IMG/VR virus record: IMGVR_UViG_3300009183_000073
DNA from: an uncultured virus (IMG/VR IMGVR_UViG_3300009183_000073)
Lineage: Duplodnaviria; Heunggongvirae; Uroviricota; Caudoviricetes
Strand: one strand, 5' to 3'
Length of the DNA: 64,000 bases
Part shown: positions 19,429 to 28,997 of the stretch, in pieces
How the letters are laid out: each line of letters begins with the position of its first letter
Position numbering within the stretch: the first letter of the stretch is position 1
Notes under the pieces: generated by a model
Told to the model about the DNA's origin: nothing
What the model saw: only the letters and a program-made list of their open reading frames with translations
Database searches by the model: none
Position numbers and translations under genes: made by a program

Positions 19429-21519
19429 ATTTTTAATAATCATTTTATCGGTTTCTTTAATTTCTTTTGGTGATACTCTAATTAATTTTCCGTCTCTCAT
19501 AACCATACATCCATGATCTTCTGTCATGATTACGGATTTTCCTCCCACTTCAATAAGATATTTTTTCTTTGTTACCTTATGTCTAATTAGATTTTTTATT
19601 TTTCCGTATATGATTTTGTCAGTTTTAGAACAAAATGTAGAACTGTATAAATTTTCCTCCGTAACATCTATTATTTCATGTCCAAATTTAGAATTTAATT
19701 TTTGTATATTGTTATACTTTTCATACAATTCCCCAATTTTAATTTTTCCTATATTTGTATCTACTATTGTATCAAAAACTACGCTATCTGTATCTCCAGC
19801 AATAAGACCTTTATTTAATTCTACTGGATCGGTTATCCCAATTTCTTGAGTAACAAATCTTTTAAAAATTTCTCTAGCTTCTTTTGCTACTGCTTGTCCT
19901 GTTAAAGTAATAGATTCTGCAATATCCATATCTCCAATGGGACAAAATTTATTTGCAGTCGCGCCATATGTAGAGTTCAAAAAGATTTTGATCGCTTGTT
20001 GTTTCGTATCCAATTGATCAATTTTGTTTTTGATCTTTTTATCTTCTGAATTATTTTCGTCTGCTTTTAATTTCTTTAATTCTTTTCTAATTTTAACACG
20101 TTTTTTATAAAAAGAATCCATTAATTCGGGAAGAATTCCTTTCTTTTTCTGGCTGAATAAGACCTTGGATCTAGAAACAGAAATCTTTTCTTTGATTAAG
20201 AAATTATGGAATTCTTTTGTAGTCATATCAACTACAATCCCATCTACATTCCTAATAGAAACCCTGTTCTTATCTATTTCTTCAATCCTTCCTACTTTAG
20301 TTTCTGGAGAAGTATTTAAAGTAATCATCGTATTTGGATACAATGAATTGGCATCGAAGCTAACAATCGAAGTGTGATGCCCAACTAATGGAACAGATAC
20401 ATGACCACCTTCGAAATCTTTTAACTCATCTTCATTTACAACAGTAGTAAGCAGTCTTTGTTTCCTTTTTCTAGCTTCAATTGCAGCAGCCCCAGTCACG
20501 ACACTAACTGTTCCCAATCCAGATTCAATGGTAGTACAGCCAACATAAGATAACATCCTTAATAGCTCTATATACTTCAATCCCTCTTCTAGTTTAACAA
20601 GAATCTTAACGTCTTGAATGTTATAATCGACAAATGTCTGCCAATCGTTTATCATGAATTCATACAGACTTTGATTTCCATAATCAACTTTGGTTTCATC
20701 CAATTCTACCTGCGCTATATAATCTAATTTATAGCTTTCTCTATTAGAAGGGCAGAACTTTTTATAAATATCAAGATAATCTACACAAGAAATACCATCA
20801 ACCCTATGAACTATTTCCTTTTTACCAAACTTACCAGCAAACATTTTAGTATATCGTCTCTGATGAGGTGACAATCTGTCTGCATCTTCTTCTCCTAGAA
20901 CTTTTACAATGCGATTTATGATATAAGGAATATCATAACGGTCTGAATTCCATCCAGATAAAATATCAGGAGGATCTAATTGAAAATAATCAATAAAACT
21001 TAACAAAAGTTCTTGTTCTGATGTACAAAATTTATAATTTACATCTGGATCATTTGTAGAATATTGTTGTAATCCCCAAACGATATATTTTTTCCTTAAA
21101 GAATCGTATAATGTTATGACACAAATCTCCTCTTGCGGATCATGCGGAGAAGAAAATCCATTACTTCCAACCGCTTCAATGTCCACGAAATATATCTTTA
21201 ATGGAAATTTAACAAAGTCTTCTGTATCATTATGATTCCAATAAGTATCAATTAATACTTGTTGAACTGGACTATGGTTATCAAATATTCTAGTAAGCCC
21301 TCTTTCTTTGATAAATTTATATTTGTCAAAGTGATTTTTAAATTCTTTAATTTTTAATTTAGTATTAAAAATACTGGTCTCATGACCGTTATTATCTTCA
21401 TAATAAAAATAGGGATGGCACCGTAAAGAAGTAACGATGCGACCCCCATCTTCTGACCAAGTATATAATTCTACGGTCTCTGTCTTATAATTATAAACAG
21501 CGTTTCTATAGCCTACCAT
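19423..21519 (-). CDS. gp43: DNA polymerase B N-terminal half (3'-5' exonuclease plus palm), ending in an N-intein (IntN)
   Basis: ExoI FVDIE, ExoII GWNSDRYDIPY, ExoIII YNIQD, motif A SFDANSLYP, motif B KIFLNSTYG, motif C AGDTD then intein sequence to the stop. Confidence 0.93.
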   Translation of the reverse strand: MVGYRNAVYNYKTETVELYTWSEDGGRIVTSLRCHPYFYYEDNNGHETSIFNTKLKIKEFKNHFDKYKFIKERGLTRIFDNHSPVQQVLIDTYWNHNDTEDFVKFPLKIYFVDIEAVGSNGFSSPHDPQEEICVITLYDSLRKKYIVWGLQQYSTNDPDVNYKFCTSEQELLLSFIDYFQLDPPDILSGWNSDRYDIPYIINRIVKVLGEEDADRLSPHQRRYTKMFAGKFGKKEIVHRVDGISCVDYLDIYKKFCPSNRESYKLDYIAQVELDETKVDYGNQSLYEFMINDWQTFVDYNIQDVKILVKLEEGLKYIELLRMLSYVGCTTIESGLGTVSVVTGAAAIEARKRKQRLLTTVVNEDELKDFEGGHVSVPLVGHHTSIVSFDANSLYPNTMITLNTSPETKVGRIEEIDKNRVSIRNVDGIVVDMTTKEFHNFLIKEKISVSRSKVLFSQKKKGILPELMDSFYKKRVKIRKELKKLKADENNSEDKKIKNKIDQLDTKQQAIKIFLNSTYGATANKFCPIGDMDIAESITLTGQAVAKEAREIFKRFVTQEIGITDPVELNKGLIAGDTDSVVFDTIVDTNIGKIKIGELYEKYNNIQKLNSKFGHEIIDVTEENLYSSTFCSKTDKIIYGKIKNLIRHKVTKKKYLIEVGGKSVIMTEDHGCMVMRDGKLIRVSPKEIKETDKMIIKNS
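19426..19785 (-). other. Split intein N-fragment (120 aa, Ser1)
   Basis: Begins SVVFDTIV right after GDTD; block B TEDH (TxxH); ends KMIIKNS-stop. Confidence 0.9.
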
Positions 21520-21525
21520 CTTTTA

Positions 21526-21554
21526 ATGGTAGCATACGCCTCTATAAACGTCAA
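21526..21554 (-). promoter_or_regulatory. sigma70-type promoter directly upstream of gp43
   Basis: TTGACG-N17-TACCAT-N6-ATG on the minus strand. Confidence 0.65.
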
Positions 21555-22762
21555 GGATTGTACCTCTTCATGTTTACTCTTCTAGGATCTCCATACGGAG
21601 TAGTAAACAATTCTTGATAACAACCAAGATTTTTATCCAATTCCATAAACCTATCTTCTGCTACTTTCCTTCTCTTATATGAAGAATTCTTATAATGTCC
21701 AGTTCTACGAAGCTCTTCTTCGATCTTAAATAACATTTCTTCACCAGTCTTAAATTTAATTTCAGCATCTTCGTAAGTACACAAATCTTGACATGCTACT
21801 GGCAATCCATATGCACATGCTTCAATATATTTGAGATCACTCTTTGCTTTATTAAAAGCATTATCTTGTAAAGGAGCAACCATCATCTGAACACCTAGTT
21901 CATGAATCTTTGCTGGGTAATCATACAATCTCTGCCATTGATGAAATTCAATCTCTCCTCGTTCAATATATGGACGAAGTGCTAATGGGAATGCACCAAT
22001 AAATACCCATTGATATTTGTGTCTAGAATCAATTATCGCTTTGATGACATGCTCAAAATCATCTTTTTGGCCCACTCTGTTTTCAACATCAAAATGTGCG
22101 CCACTCCCAGCGTAAAGGAGACGAGGCTTCTTTTTATTTTTGTCATATAAAGCATTTATCCTATTTGGATCAAAATAATTACCAATCCAGAATTTAGCTG
22201 GGAAATTCGGAATAACACTTATCTCCTTCTTACCAGTTCTAGTTTGATATAATTCTCTCATGAAATTACACGTAACACTAACTTCATCACACATATTAAT
22301 GATTGAAGTTACATTATTTCTAATTTCATCCGAAGTAAATGCTGTCTTAAATTTATTGTAATCTGGAATATCTTCTCTGAAGACTACATCATCTACTTCA
22401 TAAATAATCTTAAATCCAATTTGCTTCTGCACATCCTTAAGGAATTTTACGAATTCTAATTGAGCAGAAGTTGCCTGACGCTGTAGTCTGATAGCCTTTA
22501 CATTAACATACCATCTCGGGTCCAAAACCATGACTGTGGTATCGGTGACCATCATATGTCCTTGGTAATTTAGAAGATGACTAACCCATCCCAAACGATA
22601 TAAACCACATCCACTAAGATCTGCTCCGAATTGAATTACTCTAGGAAGATTTACTTCTGAAGGCGCTTCGGGTGCTTTTTGAGGAGCAGATTGCTGTGGA
22701 TTAACTGGAACTGTAGGAACAAAACGGGCAAATGGTTTTGGAGGAGTAAATGTAGCTATCAT
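21551..22762 (-). CDS. GT-B fold glycosyltransferase-like protein
   Basis: GCGLYR, IIYEVDD, VIPN, YAGSGAH, APLQDNAFNKAKSDLKYIE signature of phage/bacterial GT4-like proteins. Confidence 0.8.
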   Translation of the reverse strand: MIATFTPPKPFARFVPTVPVNPQQSAPQKAPEAPSEVNLPRVIQFGADLSGCGLYRLGWVSHLLNYQGHMMVTDTTVMVLDPRWYVNVKAIRLQRQATSAQLEFVKFLKDVQKQIGFKIIYEVDDVVFREDIPDYNKFKTAFTSDEIRNNVTSIINMCDEVSVTCNFMRELYQTRTGKKEISVIPNFPAKFWIGNYFDPNRINALYDKNKKKPRLLYAGSGAHFDVENRVGQKDDFEHVIKAIIDSRHKYQWVFIGAFPLALRPYIERGEIEFHQWQRLYDYPAKIHELGVQMMVAPLQDNAFNKAKSDLKYIEACAYGLPVACQDLCTYEDAEIKFKTGEEMLFKIEEELRRTGHYKNSSYKRRKVAEDRFMELDKNLGCYQELFTTPYGDPRRVNMKRYNP

Positions 22763-22805
22763 TTATTATCATTTATAAATGATAGCTACAAAGTCAATAT
22801 TAATA

Positions 22806-23456
22806 CTATCCTCTTTTTTTATATTTTTCTGGTATATAATCCCCCCAATTCTGGGGGACAGAATCACTCATTCTTATCAAGTTTTCTTCTGGAATTAATT
22901 TAGCTTCAATTTCAGAATGACAATTAGGACATACAATAGTTAGATTAGAATGATTGTGTGGATCTTTTATTTTTCTTCCTTTTATATGATGTATTTCTAT
23001 GCTTGCTTTATCCCATCCACACAAACTACAGCTATTCAAACTCATGCTTATTAATAAGTCCTTAAAAAACATTCTATTTCTTAACTCGTATAAAGAATTT
23101 ATTTCATTAGAAATAATAGTTGCATGACGATTCTTTCCTTTATTATTAAATTTTGCAGTACATGACTGATTACAAAACATTTTAATATCTTCTAAGGGTT
23201 TATTTCTATTATGTTTTTCTGTTTTCTTTTCTACAAATTTTTCATAAGAAATATCAGTATAACAAAAATTACATTTTCTAGGATTTTTCAAATAATCTTC
23301 TTTTCTGTCATATGCTTGACGCTTAATTCTAAATGTAGAACCGCATCCTTGACTACAAAAACAATTACCTGTTTTATTTAAACCTCTTCTAACCCCTCTT
23401 TTAGAAGAAACTATTTGTTTTTCTGTTAGAGGTTTATTACAAAATGTACAATTCAT
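22806..23456 (-). CDS. HNH homing endonuclease with zinc-finger repeats
   Basis: CSLCG...IEIHHI...NLTIVCPNCH; N-terminal CxxC/FCSxxC fingers. Confidence 0.85.
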   Translation of the reverse strand: MNCTFCNKPLTEKQIVSSKRGVRRGLNKTGNCFCSQGCGSTFRIKRQAYDRKEDYLKNPRKCNFCYTDISYEKFVEKKTEKHNRNKPLEDIKMFCNQSCTAKFNNKGKNRHATIISNEINSLYELRNRMFFKDLLISMSLNSCSLCGWDKASIEIHHIKGRKIKDPHNHSNLTIVCPNCHSEIEAKLIPEENLIRMSDSVPQNWGDYIPEKYKKRG

Positions 23457-23458
23457 AC

Positions 23459-25267
23459 TTAATTAAAAGGATTGTAATCTAATTTTGTAGTGATGCCTTC
23501 TTTCTTCTCCAAGAAAATAACATCCCCAGTTGCTGCTTTAATGCTTTCTTTCCTGTGTGAAATAACCATCACACATTCATCATACTTTTCCACTCTTTCC
23601 TTAAGAAGATCTGTAACTAAAGTAATCCCCTTTTCATCTAAACAACTGTCAAATAGTTCATCATAGATACTGACATTATAAGTTACATCTCCCTGTAGTC
23701 TTCTCATGTCCATAAAAGTAAATAGACATGCAAAATCTATATTCTTTCTTTCTGCTCCAGAAAAGTTAAAATAAGAACATACTTTATTTTTTTCATTTAC
23801 TATCTCTTCTTCAAAATATTCGTTAAAATTACAAATGCAATTAGCATCTAACTTAGTTAGATAGTAACGAATTCTATCATTAAAAAGTAATAGTATCTTC
23901 TTAACTACATATGATTTTACACCGTCTTCAGATACAATAAATTTAACAGTATCCATCAAATTTAATTCGTATCTAATAGAATTAACTGATGCTTTAATTT
24001 CTTCTAATGTATCTATACTCTCACAAATCAACGGATCAAATTCTGTAGAAGTTGATTGTAGTTCTTTAATATCTCCTTCTAATTGAAGTAACCAAGAATC
24101 TAATTGTTTAATTCTATCCTTTGTAGATTTTTTCTTTTGTTCATTAAGAGCAATTTGATTCAACTTTTTAGTATACTTTTCATAAGCATTTTCTAATTTT
24201 GTTTTATTAATCTTTAGTGCTTCGATTTTTGAATCAAGTTCTTTTATAGAAGAATTTCCGCTATTAATAAGATCAACTAATTTACTTTTTTCGTTTGCTA
24301 TATATTCTTTATCGTGATTCTCTACAGAGCGAAGACACACTGGGCATGATGATCCAGAAACCCCTATCTTTGGTAGGATAGATTGATTATGATTTACATT
24401 AGCTCTGATTTTAGATCTTTCTTCATTCCAATTTTCGATCTGTCCTTCCAGCAAGACTTTCGCATCCTTTACCTTTTTCATGGATGCTTTTATTTCATCT
24501 AAATTAATGGATTCTTGCTTATTATAATCTTCTTCTAGTTTCGTTTTTTCTTCTAGATTATCTATTTTTCTCTTAGAATACACAGAAACTTTATTAGTCC
24601 TGTTCCTCAACACCGTTTCTTTTTGAGTATTTAAAGAAGATAGATTTCGATCAAAATCTTCCATCCTAGAAATCTCAATTTCGTAATCTTTCTTCCTTTT
24701 ATTATAATTTTCCCTGACTTCTGCTAACATCTTGCTGAAGATATCAAGATTAAAAATACCTTCAATAAATTTTCTTTTATCTATTTTATTTTTAGCCATG
24801 AAAGGAATTGTGTTATTTAAAGTCATAATAACACAATTCTCAAAAATACTCGGAGACGCATTAATAAGATTGTGTATAAGCTCCTCAGTATTTTTAATGC
24901 TGTCTCTGGTTATGTCGTCTCCATTCTTATAAAGGAACAGTTTTGATGGATTAATAGTTCTTACAATTATATATTCTTCCTTTTTGTTTTCATGTATAAC
25001 ATCAAAATCCAAAACAACTACACAATCACCTTTTGTGTAGGAATTCGGAATCAAATCTTTCTTCAATTCCCTAAGAGTAGTTCCGAATATAGAAAAGTAT
25101 AACGCCTCCATCATGGCAGACTTTCCTAATCCATTTTGTCTATCAGATTTATCTCTATTAACTCCAGTAATAATATTCAACCCCTTGCGAAAGACCAATT
25201 CGACTGGTTCATCTCCAAAGGATAGAAAGTTTTTAATAGATATTTTTTTAAAATTTACTCTTTTCAT
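23459..25267 (-). CDS. gp46: Recombination nuclease ATPase subunit (gp46/Rad50/SbcC-like)
   Basis: KNFLSFG, Walker A NGLGKS, zinc hook CPVC, signature FSGAE, Walker B YDELFD, ISH; start 25267 from ATGA overlap with gp47. Confidence 0.93.
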   Translation of the reverse strand: MKRVNFKKISIKNFLSFGDEPVELVFRKGLNIITGVNRDKSDRQNGLGKSAMMEALYFSIFGTTLRELKKDLIPNSYTKGDCVVVLDFDVIHENKKEEYIIVRTINPSKLFLYKNGDDITRDSIKNTEELIHNLINASPSIFENCVIMTLNNTIPFMAKNKIDKRKFIEGIFNLDIFSKMLAEVRENYNKRKKDYEIEISRMEDFDRNLSSLNTQKETVLRNRTNKVSVYSKRKIDNLEEKTKLEEDYNKQESINLDEIKASMKKVKDAKVLLEGQIENWNEERSKIRANVNHNQSILPKIGVSGSSCPVCLRSVENHDKEYIANEKSKLVDLINSGNSSIKELDSKIEALKINKTKLENAYEKYTKKLNQIALNEQKKKSTKDRIKQLDSWLLQLEGDIKELQSTSTEFDPLICESIDTLEEIKASVNSIRYELNLMDTVKFIVSEDGVKSYVVKKILLLFNDRIRYYLTKLDANCICNFNEYFEEEIVNEKNKVCSYFNFSGAERKNIDFACLFTFMDMRRLQGDVTYNVSIYDELFDSCLDEKGITLVTDLLKERVEKYDECVMVISHRKESIKAATGDVIFLEKKEGITTKLDYNPFN

Positions 25268-26310
25268 TTGTTTAAACAATTTTGATAAAGTTCGATGGTA
25301 TATTTTGTTAAATCTTTTTTATTATTTGCATCCATCAATTCTATAAAATCCATGATGGCTTGAGGTACATCAACCCCAGAAAAATCCTTCTTCTCTTCGG
25401 ATAAATCGTAATCAGATTTATCCGACTCGTAATCCACATTAAATTGTGTTGGTCTTAGAGATTTGAATTTGTTAATCAAAAACTCTAAATCATCTGGAGA
25501 TACTCTTCTATCTATTTTTAGCTTAATAAGATTATTCTCAAATAAATTTCTTACTTTATCCGTAATAGTTTTTTCGGATATAAGATATGATAGAGATATA
25601 TTATGATGTTTTGGAGATATTGTATTTTCAGTAAAAATCATTTCTCCAGTTTCTAGTTCCATTGTGTAATAACCTTTAGTGGAACCAGCATCATTAAAAT
25701 CCATTTGAAAGGGATTACCAACATAAACTATCTTTCCATTATCATAGTTCTTTTCGTCTTTGAGATGGAAGTGACCAGAAATCACTACTGGAGACTTCTG
25801 CAACATTTCTTCAGCTAAAAAACCATCATCACACAACGCAAAGGTATTCATTCTAAACAAACTGATTTCAAAATGACCAAAAGTAAAATCAGCAACGGGA
25901 ATTTCATTCAAATGCGTTCCCCAAGGGATGAAATTGATCTTTTTATTTTTATAGAGAACCTGAAAAGGTTTATCTACAACAGTTATATTCCTCCAGTTTT
26001 TATAAGGAGAAATAGAATTTACTTCCGAAGAATCTTTCAGAAAGCAATCATGATTTCCGACAATCATAATTACATTCAAATCTTCAAATAGTTCTAATAA
26101 CTTAGTTCCAAAATGTAAGGAATCTACTGATACTTCATCTCTTGTGTGGAAGTAATCCCCACAAAATATCACATCTTCAATTCCTTGTTTTTTGATATCT
26201 GCTACAAACCATTTAGCCCACTCCAAAGAGACATCATGCCAAAATTTAGAATTCTGATGTACTCCAATATGGATATCAGAAAATATCGCAACCCGTGACT
26301 TTTTAAACAT
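25264..26310 (-). CDS. gp47: Recombination nuclease subunit (gp47/Mre11/SbcD-like)
   Basis: SDIHIG, GDYFH, GNHD, GHFE, SGHFH metallophosphoesterase motifs. Confidence 0.93.
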   Translation of the reverse strand: MFKKSRVAIFSDIHIGVHQNSKFWHDVSLEWAKWFVADIKKQGIEDVIFCGDYFHTRDEVSVDSLHFGTKLLELFEDLNVIMIVGNHDCFLKDSSEVNSISPYKNWRNITVVDKPFQVLYKNKKINFIPWGTHLNEIPVADFTFGHFEISLFRMNTFALCDDGFLAEEMLQKSPVVISGHFHLKDEKNYDNGKIVYVGNPFQMDFNDAGSTKGYYTMELETGEMIFTENTISPKHHNISLSYLISEKTITDKVRNLFENNLIKLKIDRRVSPDDLEFLINKFKSLRPTQFNVDYESDKSDYDLSEEKKDFSGVDVPQAIMDFIELMDANNKKDLTKYTIELYQNCLNK

Positions 26311-26341
26311 CCCGACTAGAGTACATCAAAAAACTGAAATA

Positions 26342-26791
26342 TCAATCAAAAAGTGTTAAATCTTCAGTAGAATCCAAGATAGGTTTTACGTAAATATGTC
26401 CTTCGGAGGAAGATAAAATCTCTTCGTACTTTCTTTCACGATACTCTGTTAATGTATCGTGATGTTTCTTTTCTTTTTTAATTCTGTTAATAAAGGCATG
26501 GAATGCTATCGTTGTAAAATAACCGAATGGAGATGTATCTGTTGTAACATCAAACTTTTTTCTTTTTAAGGCACTGAACATTTTTATCAAAGCATCTCCT
26601 ATCATATCTTCCTTATACGAATAATTTATGAATTTAGGACTATACCCTAATCCTTCTGCAATTTTATTTAGACACTCTCCGAGATAATTAGTACAAAAAG
26701 CAGTATCATAATAAATTCCGATTTCTTTTTTAAATAACTGAGGATCTACATAAAATTGTTCTTTACTTGGTTTTTTTATTTCTTCTTCCAT
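26342..26791 (-). CDS. gp55: Late-transcription sigma factor
   Basis: KIAEGL..PKFINYSYKEDMIGDA...SPFGYFTTIAFHAFINRIKKEKK. Confidence 0.92.
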   Translation of the reverse strand: MEEEIKKPSKEQFYVDPQLFKKEIGIYYDTAFCTNYLGECLNKIAEGLGYSPKFINYSYKEDMIGDALIKMFSALKRKKFDVTTDTSPFGYFTTIAFHAFINRIKKEKKHHDTLTEYRERKYEEILSSSEGHIYVKPILDSTEDLTLFD

Positions 26792-26828
26792 GTACTTTAT
26801 ATAATATTACACAAAGTATATAAAGCAA

Positions 26829-28265
26829 TTACTTTTCTGTAATTAAATATTCATTAAATTCTATCTTTTCATTATTATAAATTTCTTTTCTTTTTAATGA
26901 ATGTTCTTTACCGTAATCCAATTTATCTGCTACATCTATAATAACTAATTTTTCTTTATTATCACTTAAACGTAAACCTCTACCTATAGATTGAACAGTT
27001 CTGATAAAGCTTTTGCCGCCCGCAGCAAAAATAATCATATGTAAATTCTTAATGTTTACTCCCGTGGAAAATATGGCACTTATAGCAATACAAATCACAT
27101 TATTGTTATCTTCCATTATTTTTTTAACTCGATCTCTCTCTTCTACTTCAACTTCTCCTCTTATAAAGAAAACTTGTTTATTAGAAAGGGTTTTTGATAG
27201 TAAATCAAATAGGTGCTGTCCGTGATCAATGTTATTAATCAATATTAATATATTGTTATTAAAATTTGAGCAGCTTTTTTCTATTACTTTATTTCTAAAT
27301 GGATTAAATGATAAAAATTGTAATTCGTTTCTATAATTTTCAGTAGTATCTCCAGTATTCTTCACCTTAATTGGTTTTGTCTTATATTCCAAACCGAAGA
27401 TTTTAATACTTACGTTTGTGAGAAATTTTCCTTCTCTTAGTTCATAGGATGATTTCTCTATGAGCACTGGTCCTATTTTTCCTATCACATTCCACTTATC
27501 AATATTATCGGCTGGAAGCGTTCCCGTAAAACCAAATTTATTGGGAGTTTTTATCTTCTCTAGAACTTTAGAGCATTTATTACCTTTGTTAAATTTATGA
27601 GCTTCGTCTACAATTAATAAATCAACAGATTTAATCCATAGATTCTCATCAAATTTATTTCTTATAATATCAATATTAGCTATAATAACATTAGCATCAA
27701 GATCTGGCTGTAATTTTCCAGTCCATCTTGTAACAGTAAAACTTACATTATACTCTATAAAATCATTGTAAGTTTGATTTACTAAACCTAAATCTGGTAC
27801 GATCACCAACACTTTAAAAGTTGGTAGATTCTTTGAATACAGATAAAAGTTATCTATTAATGTTGCTATGGTAAGCGTCTTACCAGCTCCAGTGCCTAAT
27901 AAAATTACACCCCTACCAGACTTGAGACATTTATTAACTGCATCTTCTTGATAATCTCTTAATTCTAAATTAAGTCTTTTAATTAAACTTTTTTCTAATT
28001 TAGGATTAAGTTCTTTTAAAGCTGATTCAGAGTACTGAATTTTATATGTGTAACCTTTAAAGTCAAGAAAATTTATAATTTCTTGGGTCAAACCTATATC
28101 AAAATAACCATTATGAGCAATACAGTATATTCTTTTTGTTACAAAAAACGATCTGCTAAATTTTGCTGCTTCATTTTCAGCAGAAAAGTACTCTCTAATC
28201 TCTTGGAAGAAGTCTCCAGAAAGAATAGCCTTTCCCTTTTTAGCATCAAAATCTATTAATATCAT
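26829..28265 (-). CDS. uvsW: DNA helicase UvsW
   Basis: LRDYQ, GTGAGKT, VDEAH, GFTGT, FSTGVNIKNLH, QSIGRGLR. Confidence 0.92.
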   Translation of the reverse strand: MILIDFDAKKGKAILSGDFFQEIREYFSAENEAAKFSRSFFVTKRIYCIAHNGYFDIGLTQEIINFLDFKGYTYKIQYSESALKELNPKLEKSLIKRLNLELRDYQEDAVNKCLKSGRGVILLGTGAGKTLTIATLIDNFYLYSKNLPTFKVLVIVPDLGLVNQTYNDFIEYNVSFTVTRWTGKLQPDLDANVIIANIDIIRNKFDENLWIKSVDLLIVDEAHKFNKGNKCSKVLEKIKTPNKFGFTGTLPADNIDKWNVIGKIGPVLIEKSSYELREGKFLTNVSIKIFGLEYKTKPIKVKNTGDTTENYRNELQFLSFNPFRNKVIEKSCSNFNNNILILINNIDHGQHLFDLLSKTLSNKQVFFIRGEVEVEERDRVKKIMEDNNNVICIAISAIFSTGVNIKNLHMIIFAAGGKSFIRTVQSIGRGLRLSDNKEKLVIIDVADKLDYGKEHSLKRKEIYNNEKIEFNEYLITEK

Positions 28266-28267
28266 TT

Positions 28268-28663
28268 TTACATTTGTTCCATAGAAGTCATCTGTACCAT
28301 ATTTTTTATATCGTAAGTCAAACTAGAATATATCTTCTCTACTTTTTCTAAGTATTCTATTATTGCTTCATTTTCCTTTATCTGATCGTTGAATTTTTTA
28401 ATTTCATCTGTGTTCTCTATGCCTTTTTCTAAACTAGATTTAGACAAAGCTATTGGAGATGCTGCTACAGATTTTTCAATTAAAGTTTTTGTTATAGAAT
28501 CTTTAGATTTCTTTAACGTATTTAATTCAATTTTATGATTTATGAGTCTGGAAGCCCAAAAATGCTTTCTAGCGGGAGCACGCATGGATGATTCTTTTAA
28601 ATTCATTTCATTTATATCTAACTCTTTGTTAATTTCAGAAATGTATTTCTTTAATATCTCCAT
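28268..28663 (-). CDS. uvsY: Recombination mediator UvsY-like
   Basis: 131-aa helical protein adjacent to uvsW; C-terminal IEYLEK...YDIKNMV. Confidence 0.7.
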   Translation of the reverse strand: MEILKKYISEINKELDINEMNLKESSMRAPARKHFWASRLINHKIELNTLKKSKDSITKTLIEKSVAASPIALSKSSLEKGIENTDEIKKFNDQIKENEAIIEYLEKVEKIYSSLTYDIKNMVQMTSMEQM

Positions 28664-28696
28664 ATCATAATTATATAATAGAAGTTAAATATTTCA

Positions 28697-28939
28697 ATGA
28701 ATAATTTTGATGAATTGGTAAATAAGTTGTTGGAATCTGCTGGTGGTGCGATGGTTGCGGGAGGATCTGGCAGTGCATTTGGAAGTCCAGCAACGGAAAT
28801 TGGAAGCACTGGTGGGTCTTTTGGAAATGTAGATAGTTATAATACTGGTTCTACTGTAGTAGGAAAACCTTTAGGCAAAAAGATTCAGAGAAGAAAAAAA
28901 CCAGAAACTATCACTATAAAATCCAAGAAAAAACAATAA
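28697..28939 (+). CDS. Small late protein, candidate internal head protein
   Basis: TAAATA 5 nt before ATG; MNNFDELVNKLLE-S, Gly/Ser-rich middle, basic tail. Confidence 0.65.
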   Translation: MNNFDELVNKLLESAGGAMVAGGSGSAFGSPATEIGSTGGSFGNVDSYNTGSTVVGKPLGKKIQRRKKPETITIKSKKKQ

Positions 28940-28997
28940 TTTATAATATAAAATAAAAAATTACTTAGAAAATAATACCATTATAATAAATAATAAC

